Source of the DNA: Raillietiella orientalis
Lineage: Eukaryota
DNA length: 64,000 nucleotides
Direction of reading: 5' to 3'
Assembly (NCBI GenBank): GCA_036172245.1
Contig: JAYWIR010000009.1
Span: 868,001-932,000, forward strand
Positions 52,001 to 64,000 of the stretch are shown here, piece by piece. The position numbers and the translations under genes are program-made. Under the pieces are notes generated by a model that was given only the letters and a program-made list of their open reading frames with translations, was not told where the DNA came from and searched no databases. Every line of letters starts with the position of its first letter. The first letter of the stretch is position 1.

Positions 52001-55000
52001 CGGAGAGGTCGGCACCGCTTGGCTGAGGGTCAATCCGCTGTCCCTTCAGCCTCCGTGAAATCTTCGCGGCCGGTGCGGAACGCGTGTCCCAGGTGAATGG
52101 CGCATGCCTCGCTGCTGTCGGCTTCGGAGCGAGAGCTCGCTGCCACCGCGGATTTTTTCCACCGTGGCTGATGGATCCCATACCTCCCATCAGCGCACGC
52201 CTCGACGGTCCGGCAAGAGTTCGCGCTAGACGGACTGTGCATAGTCCTCGGCGCGTAGTCTCTCCTTGACCCGAGACGGTGATCCGCACCCCATCAGAGA
52301 TCCGGGATCCACCGTGAAATCTCTCGCTTCGCCACGGATGGCCTGCTGTGGAAAAATCCGCAGCGATGTGGGGTGATTGCCGGGAGCGAATTTCTGGATT
52401 TGCCTGCGGGGGTAGAGCGGCGAAGAGTGCTCTGGATCGACTCGTCCATGGTGCTTTCCGCGTGGCGTTCGAGGTCTTCATGCCCTGCATCTCCGAAGGC
52501 TCCACTGTGGAATCTGCAAACCATCTTCAGCAGTTTGCAGTTAGATTGTGAGGCTACAGTGGTTTCCTCTGAGCTTCCCGGTAGTCATGAGCGCATCGAT
52601 CTCCATGTCCACTTTCAGCAGTGCCCGCTTCGAACTCAAGAGCCGCGCGTTTCCTTGGTTTCAGCAGCAGAGTTCCTAAAGAAATGACCAGGAAGACACG
52701 CGTGCGAGGAAAGTCCATTCCCACTTCGATGATGATGAAGCACCGGCTGATGCTCGTGTTGTTTCCGGTGCGTGCGAGCGCGGACGGTTGACTCGTGCAC
52801 CGCTGATGGCCACCTCGTTCCGTTTCGGAGGGTTCCTCTCTTGCTTGGGGAAGTCGGGAGGAAGGCAGGAGCAGCCGTCAAAGATGCACATGAGGTCCAA
52901 AAAGCGTTCCTCCTCCTCCTTTTCTCCCGTACTCCTCTTGAAGTGAGATGCGGGTGACTGGCTACGTGCTGCTAATCCCGGAAATCCACAACCCGAAATG
53001 CGTCGACTTAGCTGCGCACGCACGAAAGCACGCGCTGGTGCTTGAATACGCTACGCGCGCACATAGGAACGCCCGTCTGGGTGTCTGCAAGCATCACGGA
53101 GGCGACTCCTTAAGGGGCAGTAGCGACCTCATGGGAAGATCGTTACTGTTGGCCTGGGGTGATGGAAACCCTTTGGGGTTGTCCTGTTTAAGCTGCTTTC
53201 CTTCCAGCTTTTTTTGTTTGGTTCGCCAAGTGCTGAAGAACCCTTCGCCTCCTTCCGGGGAGCTCATAGAGCTCTTGAGCGCTGTTCACGCCTTCCGAGG
53301 GTGCGTGTGCAACTCTTCAAGTTAGGGGTATTCCTGAGGGACCACCTCATGAATCCAGGAAGGCTCCGTTTCTCTTACGTTTGGGAGGGAACCTCTTCCT
53401 CATTCTCTCTGAGGGAACCCCCCGGTTTGTAGGGGCCACTCCTCGTTTCATCGCCGAAGGGAACCCAGAAAGGATCTGCTTCTTGAATTTCTTCTCCAGA
53501 GGGAACCCTCCAGGGAATCGCTCTCTGTTTCCTCCTCTGAAGAGAACCCCGAAGAGACGTTTCCAAATTCTCTCTAAATGGCACTCCCTAATGGAGCAGT
53601 GCGCTTCTGACACTGGGGAAATATCAACCAGCTCTACGGTACGCGATGGATGGCTTCATTTTCCCAATCGGGGGGGAATGGGCTCCTCGATTCCTGGAAG
53701 GACCCTCAGGGTCGACTTCCAATCCTTGCCAGTCAACGGGGACATCCGGTTTCCGGCTTGCACCGAACCCCCTCATCTTGCGAGGAGAACTCGAAACCCA
53801 CCGCGCACCCCCCGTTCTCGGCGTCGGTGCTTCCCTGGGTGGGATTCGAACCCGCAACGCTTGGTACTGAGCGCGAAGACCGCAGCTACGCTGCCGCTAG
53901 CGCTGCTGAAACGCTCGTGTGGGTGTCTGCACGTGTCGCATGTGTGCCATCGGCTGCACGTAGCATCCACGCATGCGTTTCGTTGATGGAAGGTTACGAA
54001 GATCCTCAAATTTCGAAGGCAGCAGCATCTTTCCAGAGATGCACGATTTCAAGGATTCAAGCAGTACTCCCAATATATGCCTTTTTTTTTTTTTTTTTTT
54101 TTTTACGAATTCACTGAGAGCTCGTAAACCTTTCCTGCTACGCTTGAACTGATCCAGGATCAATCTGTGACAATCAGCCATTAATTTAGGGCCTTTGCAC
54201 GGTTTCGTTTGCAGGCACGATTAGGAGAGGAAAGAACAAATCTTGACTTCCCGGCTGACGGCGATGAACACCCGAAATTTTTTTCTCCTCAGCGTTAGCA
54301 TGTCGCACGTCACCTGGTACGTCGATTCCTCACTCCCTCACTGACCAATAAGGAATGAAGGTGGGAAAGAGGCTCTGCCTGGAATGCCCGGAAGGGTTTC
54401 CTGATAGAACGTCCGAGGTTGCCACCGCTCGGCGGCTCTGTAATCCTCACCTCCAAGCCGGATAGATTCAACCGGTCCCCAAGACCTCGGATGAAGAATT
54501 CCTCCCGTATCCGTGCCCGTGTGGTATTTCGGTTCGTTCGGCTCCCTCCCCCCCGTTCTTCCTGCAGGATATGAGGCGCTTCCCATGCTCGGCGCATACG
54601 GCTGTCGATTTCATTCGAATTCACGCGGACGGCCTTTGAATTCCGTCTGAGGCGCGCGCGGCTGGTTGGTAGTCGTCTCGCGTCGCGCACCTACGTGCGT
54701 TTCAGAAGCACGCGGATGCTGGTCGCGACTGACCTGCATGACGATTAGGGTTTGTGTCATCGCTTATGCCTGTTCCCGATCTTCTGGGAGTCATATAAGA
54801 GCATCTGATCTTTGGAATTTCGTCATTTGCTAAACTTTCGCTGATGATACTATCCCATTGAGCATCTGATTTCGTCACCCGTTCTCAGGTTTTTTTTTGC
54901 AAAATCTGTGCTATCGTTTCTCGGGATCAGTGATTACAAAACTGGTCAAGGAGATTTGTTCGGGGTCAGTCGAAATTTAGAGTGTAATCTTCCTTCCCAG

Positions 55001-58000
55001 ATAGAGTTTTTTCTTTTTTTTTTTTTGCCAAACATCGCTTTTGTTTTTGTGCGGCATTCACATCCATCCCCTTCCCCTTCAGGAAGAGGTTCTGGAATGT
55101 TCTGGAACCTGATCGAAGACTAATCGGTTTTTGCTCCGTGTCCTCCGCCGAAGGCTGAAGAGCGCAGTCGCGCTCGTTTCCCGCTCGAATTCTTTCGAAG
55201 TCCCCGGATTTCATTTTGCGGAAGTTTGCCCTGCTTCGGAAGCAGGAAAACCCCTCGCTTCGAAGGGGAAGTGACTGAGGGGTCTCGGGTTGCCCGGCCG
55301 GGAGACTCTGCGCCTCGCGCGTCCCTCGATGCAAAAAGTACCTCCGGGATTATCGCGTTGCTTCCCGACGTCTCGAGAGAACCTTTTCGCACGCTCGAAG
55401 CGAAGACCGCGCTGCGGGGCTTTCCTTCCGAACCCTCAGTGCTCCCCGAGGAGGGTTGGAACCTCTGCGAAGAGGAGCGAGACTGGTCTGGAAGACAGCT
55501 AAGAGGGGACTCTCCCCCTCTAGGCCGCGCGTTTCCGGAATCGTGCGGCACCTGTACCCGAAGATTCCGGCGGCTGCTTCCGCGCGCCCGTGGATCGCTG
55601 TGGCTGACCTGTGTTTCCCTTCTTTTTCAGAAGACTCGCGTTGGCTTTCCCTGAGCCATCACGTTGAAGACGGCATGGCGCTGCAAGGATACTCAGTGAA
55701 GCACCTCGTGATCCTGCCATCTCGCGGTCATCGCAACGCGTCTCTGGGTGATTTCATCCACCTCTTCACCATGGACATTGAAGGCAATCCGATTCTCTAA
55801 GTTGCACGTCAAGGCAGTCCGTAAAAGAAAAAAAGCGATCAACGGAACAGACTAATCGGGGAAATGTTGCCGGAAGACTTTAGAGACAAGGACACCTGTC
55901 TCTTGGGTTTCTCGCGTGTTCCTCCTAAGACTTGAACCGCTCGATCATTCCAAGGTTGTGGTGGGTCATTCTTTCGGGGAAAATGCTTGAAAATATCCAT
56001 TGAATTGTTAAACTGACAAAGAAAAAAAAAAAAAAAAAGATATTAAGAATGCGCGCGCGAGAGAGAGACATCAATTAGAAGGCAAGAAAGCGTCCTAGAA
56101 CGAAAAGAACGCGCTAAGATCACTCGAGGACGCTGCTGTATCTAATGCAATCCTTGTGCCGGAACCGGTTCTCATGGTCTTGTTTTTTTAGCTGTGATAT
56201 TCTGTATGCCTGTGGAAACTGTTATCCTCATGGTGGTCCAATCCGTGAAGAACGCTTTCGCGTCTTCACCGATGAACTTGGTGTGGCTGCTCATGAGTCC
56301 CTTTTCCGTCCTGGATCCATCGCTGCCGCTGAAAGTCGTCCAGAGTTCCGAGAACGCTGCACTTCCATGTTCCTTCTACTTCATGTCCTTGACTGGCGAC
56401 ACTGCCTCCGCCCGCAAAGCTCCAGAGGGAACGTGGTCGGATGGGTCTCAGCCGACCCTGCCTGGCTACGCCGTGGACGTAAGCGCTCATCACGTGCCTC
56501 GAGGCGGCGCGACGCGCGCGCGCGCGCGCGCGCTCGTGCACCTCCGTCCCGCTTTCCCGGAACGGCCATACCACGTCTTCGTGCACGGCTCCTCGAGCAG
56601 CGAGCGCCTTTTCCCACACTGGCGTGTGACGCGCGCGCAGCAGCATCAGGGAGCCACGCGATTCGCCCGCCCGTTCCCCTCCCCCCTCCCCAGTCCCCCT
56701 CGCGTCTCGTTTCATCTTCCGCTTCTTGCCGCAGGACGACCGCGATTTCTCGCAACTCGCCTACGACGCCTTGGTCGCGTTCGCTGCCTCGCAGGCGGGA
56801 CGCCAGCCGAGGGACGGGACGTCCTTCTTCCACTCCGACGCGGACCACTCCCATCCTCACGGCGGGTTCGACCCGGCGGCAGCGCGAACCTACAGGCTGG
56901 TGGAATGGGACGGACCGTCCCTATCCTTCTCCCTCGTGCTGCGGCTCCGACCGGTCAACGGGACCTACTCCGCGCTGCCTCCTTCATCCAACGTTTCGAT
57001 GAACGAGGGATGCCACTTCAGGAAGTCTTGTTCCAGCGGCACCGGAGGAAGTGAGTTTTGGGTGGGGCTTCCCTCGCCTAATGGTACTGGTTTTCCCTCG
57101 GAAAGGTCGAAGAGCAGGTTCCAATTTCACGCGGCTCGTTCTCTTTGCAGGTCACCTGGGATACTACCTTTTAATCACGGGAGCCGTCCTGCTGCCCCTG
57201 CTGGCGATAGGCACCGCCTTTTTCTTTACGAAAAGGTAAATCTCGAGCGCCAGTTTTCTTACAGTGCGTGGGGCGTCGCCTTCACCTGTCGCATCACGGA
57301 AGCTCTACTGACCCTTTAGTCCTCGCGGCCCTTCGCCGAACAAGGCAAAACTCTGCGCTGAGGTTTCGCTCCCTACAGCGCAATGTGCCCTCGCCCCTCA
57401 GGCAAGCTGCTGTGTGAACGACCGATGACTCACCGGTCCTCTGAGATCGCGCGACCTCGCTTTGGTTCCCACCCCAGCATCCCCGAGACTGATGCTTGGA
57501 GACGGTTCTTTTCTTTCTTTCTTCTTTTTTTTTCCCCCTTTTTTTTAAAAAAGGCCTGCAGCGGCCACACGGGGAGATCGTTGCTATTGGCCCAGGATAA
57601 TGGAAATATGCCCTCCTATTCTCACTGCTCTCCTTGCAGCTCTTTTTTTTTTTCGGTTCCCAAGAAGTGCTGAAGAGCCATCCGCCTCCTCAGGGGGCGC
57701 TTACCAAGCTCCTCAACACCGTCCACACCACCCAGAGGCTTTTCCAGTTATAAGGGGGTAACCACGAAGGGACCACCCTATGAATCCAGGAAGGTTCCGG
57801 AGGAAGGAGTCCTTTCCTCCCTTACTCTTCGGAGTGAACTCCAAAGGGGACCCCCGTCTTGGATGTCTCCGAAGGGAACTTCGAAGGGAACCTATTCCTT
57901 ATTCTCTCCTGAGAGGTCGGACCCCCTGAGGAGTCACTCCTTGTTTCTTCTTCAAAGGGAACCCGGAAAGGATCTTCTCCTGGGATTTATTCTTCCGGAG

Positions 58001-61000
58001 GGAACCGCTACTGGTTTCCTCTTCCTCTGAAGAGAACCCCGAAGGGAGCTTCCGCATTTCCCTGAAGGGCGCTCCCCAGAAGGAGCAGCGCGCTTCTTGG
58101 ACACTGGAGAGGTATCAATCCACCAGCTCCATGGAGCTTCATTTGTACAACCGGAGGGAACCGTCGCTCCTTCGTTCCTGGAAGGACCCTTCAGGGTCGA
58201 CTTCCGATCTCAGCCAGTCAACGGACGTGCCCGGAGTTTCCGGTGCGACACTGGTGAGAGCCAGAAACTCCGGCTCTCACCAGTATCGCACCGGAAGCCC
58301 ATGAAACCAGCCAGCGTAATCCTGTGGAGGGGACTCGAAACCCACGACGCACCCATCTCCCTGGCGTTGATCCTTCCCATGATGGGATTCGAGTCCGCGA
58401 TGCTTAGCATTCCGCGCGGAGGCCGCAGCCACACGGCTGCCAACTCCGTATTTTCCGATATCCTCCCCCCCCTGTCCCTATTTACACTTCGACGCGAACA
58501 GCACTGCGATGCCTGCTGTGCCCGCGAACGACCTCAGAGTCGCATCCGAGGAGTCGGTCCAGGTCCAAGCTCCGCGAGTAGGCTGATACGCTCCACCCGC
58601 ACAACAGGAATCGCTTTCCTCCTTCCCTGGAATCCTCAAACTGAGCATCCGGGTCGCCGAACTCTGCTGATTTCTTCCTCGCTGGTTTCTCTTTGCGATG
58701 TCTTGCTTGACGGAAGTGACCGTGAAAACTCTGAATCCGGCGTGGACCTTCTTCACGCTTGCGCGGAGGCGTGACCGGCCATCTCGGACGGGGATGTTTA
58801 AACAACGTCCTCGGCAACATCCTTCAGAGGCAAGAAAGGGAAACATTTCCCCCAGCATCGCGAGCGACGCGTCGCATTCGTCCACCAGAGCTCTGAGGAA
58901 CAGGAGTTCCGGCTCCTAGGAGCTGATTCTGCGCCCTGATTCTTCAAGGTAGATGGTGGCACTTCGACGCCTGCACAAAGCAAGGCGCAGGTTCTGCCAC
59001 TGACGCACCCATGCGCCGTCTCCTTTGCCAGTCACTGCTGCCATGCGTAATTTGTACGCGTTTCGATCCGCCGCGCGGTGCAACTCTCGAGATGGGCAGC
59101 GAAATCGCGACGGAAGCCACGAAACGGTGTCCGGATGGATTGGAAAAATCTACCTCTATCCGTCTGCATTTGGTGACCTAGTGTGGCGGGGCGCCTACCC
59201 AGAGAGGCACACATGAGGCTGCACGCATCTGGCGACAGACCGAGAGTGTAAGCTGCGCACCTAAAGAAGTGCCTTGTGGGGTACCCCAAGCGCATAGCTC
59301 GAAGGCACCATGCCAAGCGGGGCGTTCTGATGGACCGGCCACTCTCAATTGAAGACCCGAATGGCGGCTGCTTGCGCCTTGGCCTTCTTCCTCACGCCTC
59401 TTCTTCTGCCCTCCAAGTGTCCAGTTTTGGCCAGTGGTGCAGTGCGCGTGTTTTTTATTTTGTTCCTCCTCTTCTTTTCCAAGAGACTTTCCGGATGGTG
59501 CAGCTTTCTGTTCCCTCCCACCTTCAAGTTCCGCCCCCACCACGCCACGTCTTCCGTGAGCAAACCCGAAGGAACAAACGAGCAAAGATGGGGCGAGGGA
59601 GGAAGGGCTCTTCACTTCAGGACTGCCTTTGGGGGGCTTCTCCCTGTTTCCGTCAGCACTGAGCGCGCGCGTGTGGTTTCAGGTTTTTGCTAAGGAACCT
59701 ACTTAAAAGCGCGTGGCAGGACCTCATCGTCTCTCCCGAGAGCCTGGACTTCAGCAACGAGTCACCTTTGCCGGGCGAAAAGCCAGTAAGTCTTAGAGGT
59801 CCAAGGCCGCAGAAGTCATGGTTCGTTTCGGCAGAAGGAGGAGCATTTTTCGTTTGACCTGAAGCAAGGGAACATCATCGAAAACGTGCTGGACCTAAAG
59901 AATATCTTCATGTTTCCTCTTCCCTCAGTGAGGAGCTGCTACTCGGAGCGTGGGACTTTCAAAGGAAACAAAGTCTACTACAACGTGAGTTCGTTGAGCC
60001 GACTGTCGATGGCGCGCTTCCTCTCCCGTACGAGCGGGCGAGGGTGTGTCGGGGGGTGTCTTTTTTTTGTTGCGGGGGGTGCAATCTTTGGTGGCCTCGA
60101 TTTTAATGAGGCTGTTTGCATCTTTAGGACAATTCTGTCCACTTCAAGCACCTTGTGCTCCAAGGACACTTTGAACCGAGAACCAAATTCCTGAAGCTGC
60201 TGAAACAGGTAGGAAGGAACGAGTTTGGAAGACGAGCGACCTCATGCGAATTTCGGGACTGGGACTGAGGTTCTGCTTGCGCGTCGCCCACCTTGCGGCC
60301 CGCCCTCATCCCCTCCCCCCCCCATTCTCTATGCCGTTCCCTCACCGGGGAGCATTCCGATGCTCCACCTTCGTCCTCTTGCAGACCTTCTCTGGAAATG
60401 CGGTAAAAATAGAATGCGGAAGAAAGAATGCATCTGGTTGCAGTATCGACTTTCCTCTGGCGAAACGAATTCCGTGGTACAACATTTCTCTTCAGTCAAA
60501 GTTGCCACACATGCAGAATACCTTGGTGTGGCTTTTCTGGGATAGGAGGTGAACGAGCTCCTCCCAAAAATAGTTTCCCATTGCATGATTTATTCGCATG
60601 AGGGAACACCACGCAGCAACTTGCGAAGTTCTATCCAGCCAAATGCCAATAACACGATCACAAAGCAGCTGCTCAATCAAAACTTGCACTTATACGTTAT
60701 CGTCAAGCCCTCTTAGTTCCCCTTTTATCAGACACGAAGCCATTTTTCTCGGATTTAAGGCTATTTGCTTAAACAGGGGAGGAATCTGCTGGACCACGTT
60801 TTTTTTTGCACACGGAACTTTCGACGAAGCGGATGAAGAAGAAGAAGAAGAAAAGTGAAAACAGTCGCGGTTCGGCTTTCCTGGTTTTGGAGACCGAGAA
60901 ACGGAAGCTCCCGTAGCAACGCGCGTCGCCGCGGTGTGCATCTCTGTGCTCTCTCGAGGGCGGGCTTCGAGCTCAACCGCTCTCCTGGGACGCGCGTGCA

Positions 61001-64000
61001 CAGCTGGGACATGCAGGGGATGCCGGTCTCCACCGCTCTCAGGAGCAAGCTCTCTTTAGCTCTCTCTCATTGTGAATGTTCCAGTTCCGTGATCTGAGGC
61101 ACGAAAACATCAACCAGTTCATCGGCATCCTCCTGGATACGTACCGGCCTGCTCTCCTGTTCGAATACGGCTCTCGGGGAAGTCTTTACGATTTCATCCA
61201 TGGGCAGGAGATGAAGCTAGATTGGCCTGTCAAACTCCATCTCCTGGGGGATCTCGTGAAGGTATTCATGGTTCCATTAGCCGAAGCGAACTCTCCCTCT
61301 CTCCCTCCTGAGCGTAAAGGCCGTTGCAGACCCGGGAGATACTCCGCTATTGGGTGCACTTTCCCTGCGTGCGCTCGAGGCGATTTCGTGGTAGTCCCCC
61401 GCCGCCTTGCACCAAATCATTTCTCACTGCAGCTAGGAGAGGGCGCTCTGGGGTTCTCTCGACAAGTGCTCCCACGGTCACCTACCGTTCCCCTTTTTTG
61501 AACATCCCGTCGTTCACGAAACAATTCTTTCATACCCAAAATCTCTCACAAGCCATGCTTGCCGAGATCCCTGATTCGCCCTTACCGTAAGCCCCCCCTC
61601 CCAACTCTCTTCCATGAAAATTAAAACCACCTTACATACATCAGTTTACTACAAGGACAGTCGAGGCAGTGCCCGTAAGTGCATCCATAACAACCGGCCT
61701 CCCCTCACACTCCTCACTCCGTGAGCGACTGTAGCTCTCCACCACATCCCTTCACCTCTTCCGGACATCCCCTTACTACATTCATCATGATTAGGTCCAT
61801 CTCCTACCCCCTATATCTTTTACCATCACTACACAAAGCCAAACGCTCACGAGTACTATCGAAAGTCATCAGCGGTACCTATTTGGTCAGGGCTGCGGTC
61901 TTGCGGAAGGAATGGAAGCCTCCTTAATCCCCCCCCCCCCTTGGGATTGGAGGAAAGGATTGTCTCCCATCCCGCTTGCAGGAGCCCCAGCTGCGTTGGC
62001 AACGCTCGATCACCGTCACGTGATCTCTCTCCTGGCCCCATTCCTCGTCGTCGCCAGTGACGCTGCTGCGAAAGGGGCCATTAGCACCGAAAGGAGCCAC
62101 AAATCCCTACCACCGAGGCATCAGCGCCAATGGGGGTGCTCCGGCTGCATCCCGCGCGAAACCAAGGTCCCTCGAACCAGCCGGTGAGAGCCGCTCATTC
62201 AGGGAGGAAAGGGACGGGAATTTGCGGCGAAGGTCCCGTTCGTCCTGAAGGTGGGGAGTTGACTCCGGCGCCGCCCGAAGCGCCCACGCACTTTCGGATG
62301 CTCGTCGCCCGGTTACGTGCACGCGAGGACATACACACCCGTCCCCGTGGTGGGTGTGACCAGGCCATGCACGCACCGGTCACGTCAGGGGCACGCGTGG
62401 TACCGTGCACGTGAGAGGCTGCACGTAGGCGAAAGGCAGAGTGGCGGCGACTCAAGAACAGAGCCGCCTCCAAGGTCCTCTCTGTCTCAGGGGCTGCTTC
62501 CCAAGCCAGCGCCCTCTTCTTCGCCCGGACAGCGCCCGGCTGGGGATCCCTGCGCTCCTCGAAAGGGTGCCGCCTGCTTCCTTGGCTGACCGCCTTCCCG
62601 CCAGCATCGTGCGCGCGCAGCACCATTTCCCTCGCGCTCGTTACGCAGGAAGAGGTCGGTCGCGGTTTGGAGGGTGCCTGTGCACTCAGCCTCTGCCCTC
62701 CAGGAAAGGCACGCGTGTTCCCAGGGGCATTCTCCGTGTCGCGCTCTCCCTGTCCCTCTTGGGAGATGCAGCTCGCTGGCACTGCAGTGGTGGCGTGCTC
62801 GGGAGGCTGCCCTGCCTGGTCAACGAGCGCGGCTGGCATTGTCCTTTGAGTTTGCGAGTAGAAGTGAGGACTCTGGTCCCGTGGTCCCCAGCGAAATCAG
62901 GAGGGATCATCCTCAGAGGCCTGAGAACCTCACCTGCGGACTCGTCCGTCGCTGCAAGAACTCCCACTCCGCTCCTGCCGCGTGCTTTCGACCTGTCCTC
63001 TGACCACGTACCCACCTTGTCGCCGTCACGCCAAACGCGCACTGGGGAGGACGGACCACCGAGCCAAAAGCGCACTCCCCCTCGCGGACAACGGGGAGGT
63101 GGCCTCCTTTCACCCAGCGGTTAGGCAAAGAGGTGAGGGCGGCTAACTCAGGGCGCCCCATCAGCCAGATCTGCCTCCTCCTCGGTCGGATCGAGAGAGT
63201 GCCCTGACCCCACACCCCCAGAAACGAGTGAGCCAGGGAGATGGAGCCAGGTGCGCGCCTTCTCGAGTGTGGTCACTGCCATACTGGCTTGCTTATGCTC
63301 CCCTGCGCTGACGCCACGGCGGAAAGATGTCACCAGCAGAAGTAACTGTAGGTGCTAACCTTCCTCCTTTCCTCCTCTTCTCTTCTCCTCCACCTGCTCC
63401 TCCTTTCCACTTCCTCTTCCTCCTTTTCCCTTCCCCTTCCCTTAGGAAGGAAGCTTCCTCCTATTCTTTGCATCTTCAGCTCTCATCCTGAGCCCACCTT
63501 GTGCCGGCTGCACGCGTCTCAACGCGTGCAGGCCACGTGAGCGCGCCAGAAAGTGCAATGGCGGCGGTCTTGTGCAAGGTCACTTGCGAGTTGCCCCGAG
63601 GTCACGGAGAGGTTCATTCGCTCAGAGGAACCCGGCGGGCGAGAGAGCTGCCCCTGTTCGGCGGGGCAGGCTGCCGCCTCTCCCTGCGATTCCCAGGGCA
63701 TGAGCGCTGCCGCGGATCGAACGAACGGACCATGGATTTCATGCGTTCGTGCGCGTCCGCGAGAGCGGCCAGCTGGGGAACGGAGAGGAAGGGATGCGAC
63801 AACCTTGGAAACGCGTTGGAAGCGCGCTCCTCTCCTCCCCCCCCCCTTCCGTCTCCGGATCGGAGACAGAGGAAGAAAGAGGGGGAAGAAAGGGAACGCG
63901 GAATTCTCCCTCCTCCGCGAGGGTGCGCGCCCGGCGAGCGCCGACGGCGCTTCCTTCTCCTCCGTCACTGAGTTTTTTTTCTTCCCCCTCACAGGGGATG
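46067..64000 (+). CDS. Receptor-type (transmembrane) guanylyl cyclase, 5' part; continues beyond the window
   Basis: Exons: 46067-46427 (hydrophobic signal region), 51065-51225 (DAVVGA..DCEAAAALANIHKKPLFTWSC), 51819-51939 (APSLEEVGGAVLEVVSYFCWKR), 55631-55783, 56192-56478 (AVIFCMP), 56735-57050 (LAYDAL), 57151-57235 (TM: YYLLITGAVLLPLLAIGTAFFF), 59683-59785, 59835-59984, 60128-60208, 61085-61261 (LRHENINQFIG..FEYGSRGSLYD..MKLDWPVKLHLLGDLVK) and 63995-> (GM). All phases join in frame. ANF ectodomain + TM + kinase-homology domain is the receptor GC architecture; the cyclase domain itself is not in the window. Confidence 0.9.
53115..53905 (-). mobile_element. tRNA-derived SINE, copy 2, in guanylyl cyclase intron 3
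   Basis: On the minus strand, TAGCGGCAGCGTAG (A-box-like) and GGGTTCGAATCCC (B box/T-loop) head a ~790 bp body shared with the two other copies. Confidence 0.8.
56513..56532. repeat. (CG)10 dinucleotide repeat
   Basis: Uninterrupted cgcgcgcgcgcgcgcgcgcg in guanylyl cyclase intron 5. Confidence 0.9.
57553..58447 (-). mobile_element. tRNA-derived SINE, copy 3, in guanylyl cyclase intron 7
   Basis: Head TGGCAGCCGTGTGG ... GGACTCGAATCCC; the body is collinear with copy 2 to the 3' end (CAA(T/C)AG(C/T)AACGATCT..C) and is followed by an A-rich tract. Confidence 0.8.
58238..58296. repeat. 25-bp inverted repeat (hairpin) with 9-nt loop
   Basis: TTCCGGTGCGACACTGGTGAGAGCC / AGAAACTCC / GGCTCTCACCAGTATCGCACCGGAA; one mismatch. 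Confidence 0.9.
63355..63445 (+). repeat. Polypyrimidine (TCC/CTT) low-complexity tract
   Basis: ttcctcctttcctcctcttctcttctcctcc... Confidence 0.75.

Noticed and set aside
51234..52505. 423-aa minus-strand ORF
   Set aside because: No recognisable domain, composition typical of GC-rich non-coding DNA, and it lies antisense across a well-supported cyclase exon (51819-51939).
53825..53905. Possible tRNA gene (GGTTCGAATCCC on the minus strand)
   Set aside because: No complete cloverleaf or acceptor stem; it is the head of a repeated SINE.
1..64000. Hammerhead/HDV-like ribozymes, CRISPR arrays, rRNA/snRNA genes, prokaryotic operons
   Set aside because: The CTGATGA hits I checked by eye lack a stem II + GAAA core. 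I saw no regularly spaced repeat-spacer array or recognisable rRNA/snRNA, and the genes are spliced eukaryotic genes. An Infernal/Rfam scan would be needed to exclude ribozymes formally.

Overview
Eukaryotic (invertebrate-like, probably arthropod) genomic DNA with spliceosomal introns, so most ORFs in the supplied six-frame track are spurious products of GC-rich sequence. Three genes could be rebuilt by hand with phase-consistent splice sites. (1) NDUFB7, minus strand, 3 exons, 128 aa. (2) TBC1D24/skywalker (TBC + TLDc), minus strand, 10 coding exons, 556 aa, plus a probable cassette exon. (3) A receptor-type guanylyl cyclase (signal peptide, ANF-receptor ectodomain, TM helix, kinase-homology domain), plus strand, 11 complete exons and the first 6 nt of exon 12 at the window edge. 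The two housekeeping genes lie in AT-rich, CpG-poor blocks. The flanks are GC/CpG-rich and contain at least five decayed copies of one L1/Tx1-like non-LTR retrotransposon family and three copies of an unusually long tRNA-headed SINE. Best leads: a conserved 3'-terminal AATAAA + stem-loop motif instead of a poly(A) tail on the LINE copies; an intronless NDUFB7 fragment next to its parent; two near-perfect hairpins apparently created by template switching inside repeats; a sharp CpG mosaic suggesting gene-body methylation. I see no clear evidence of a wholly new multi-gene system.
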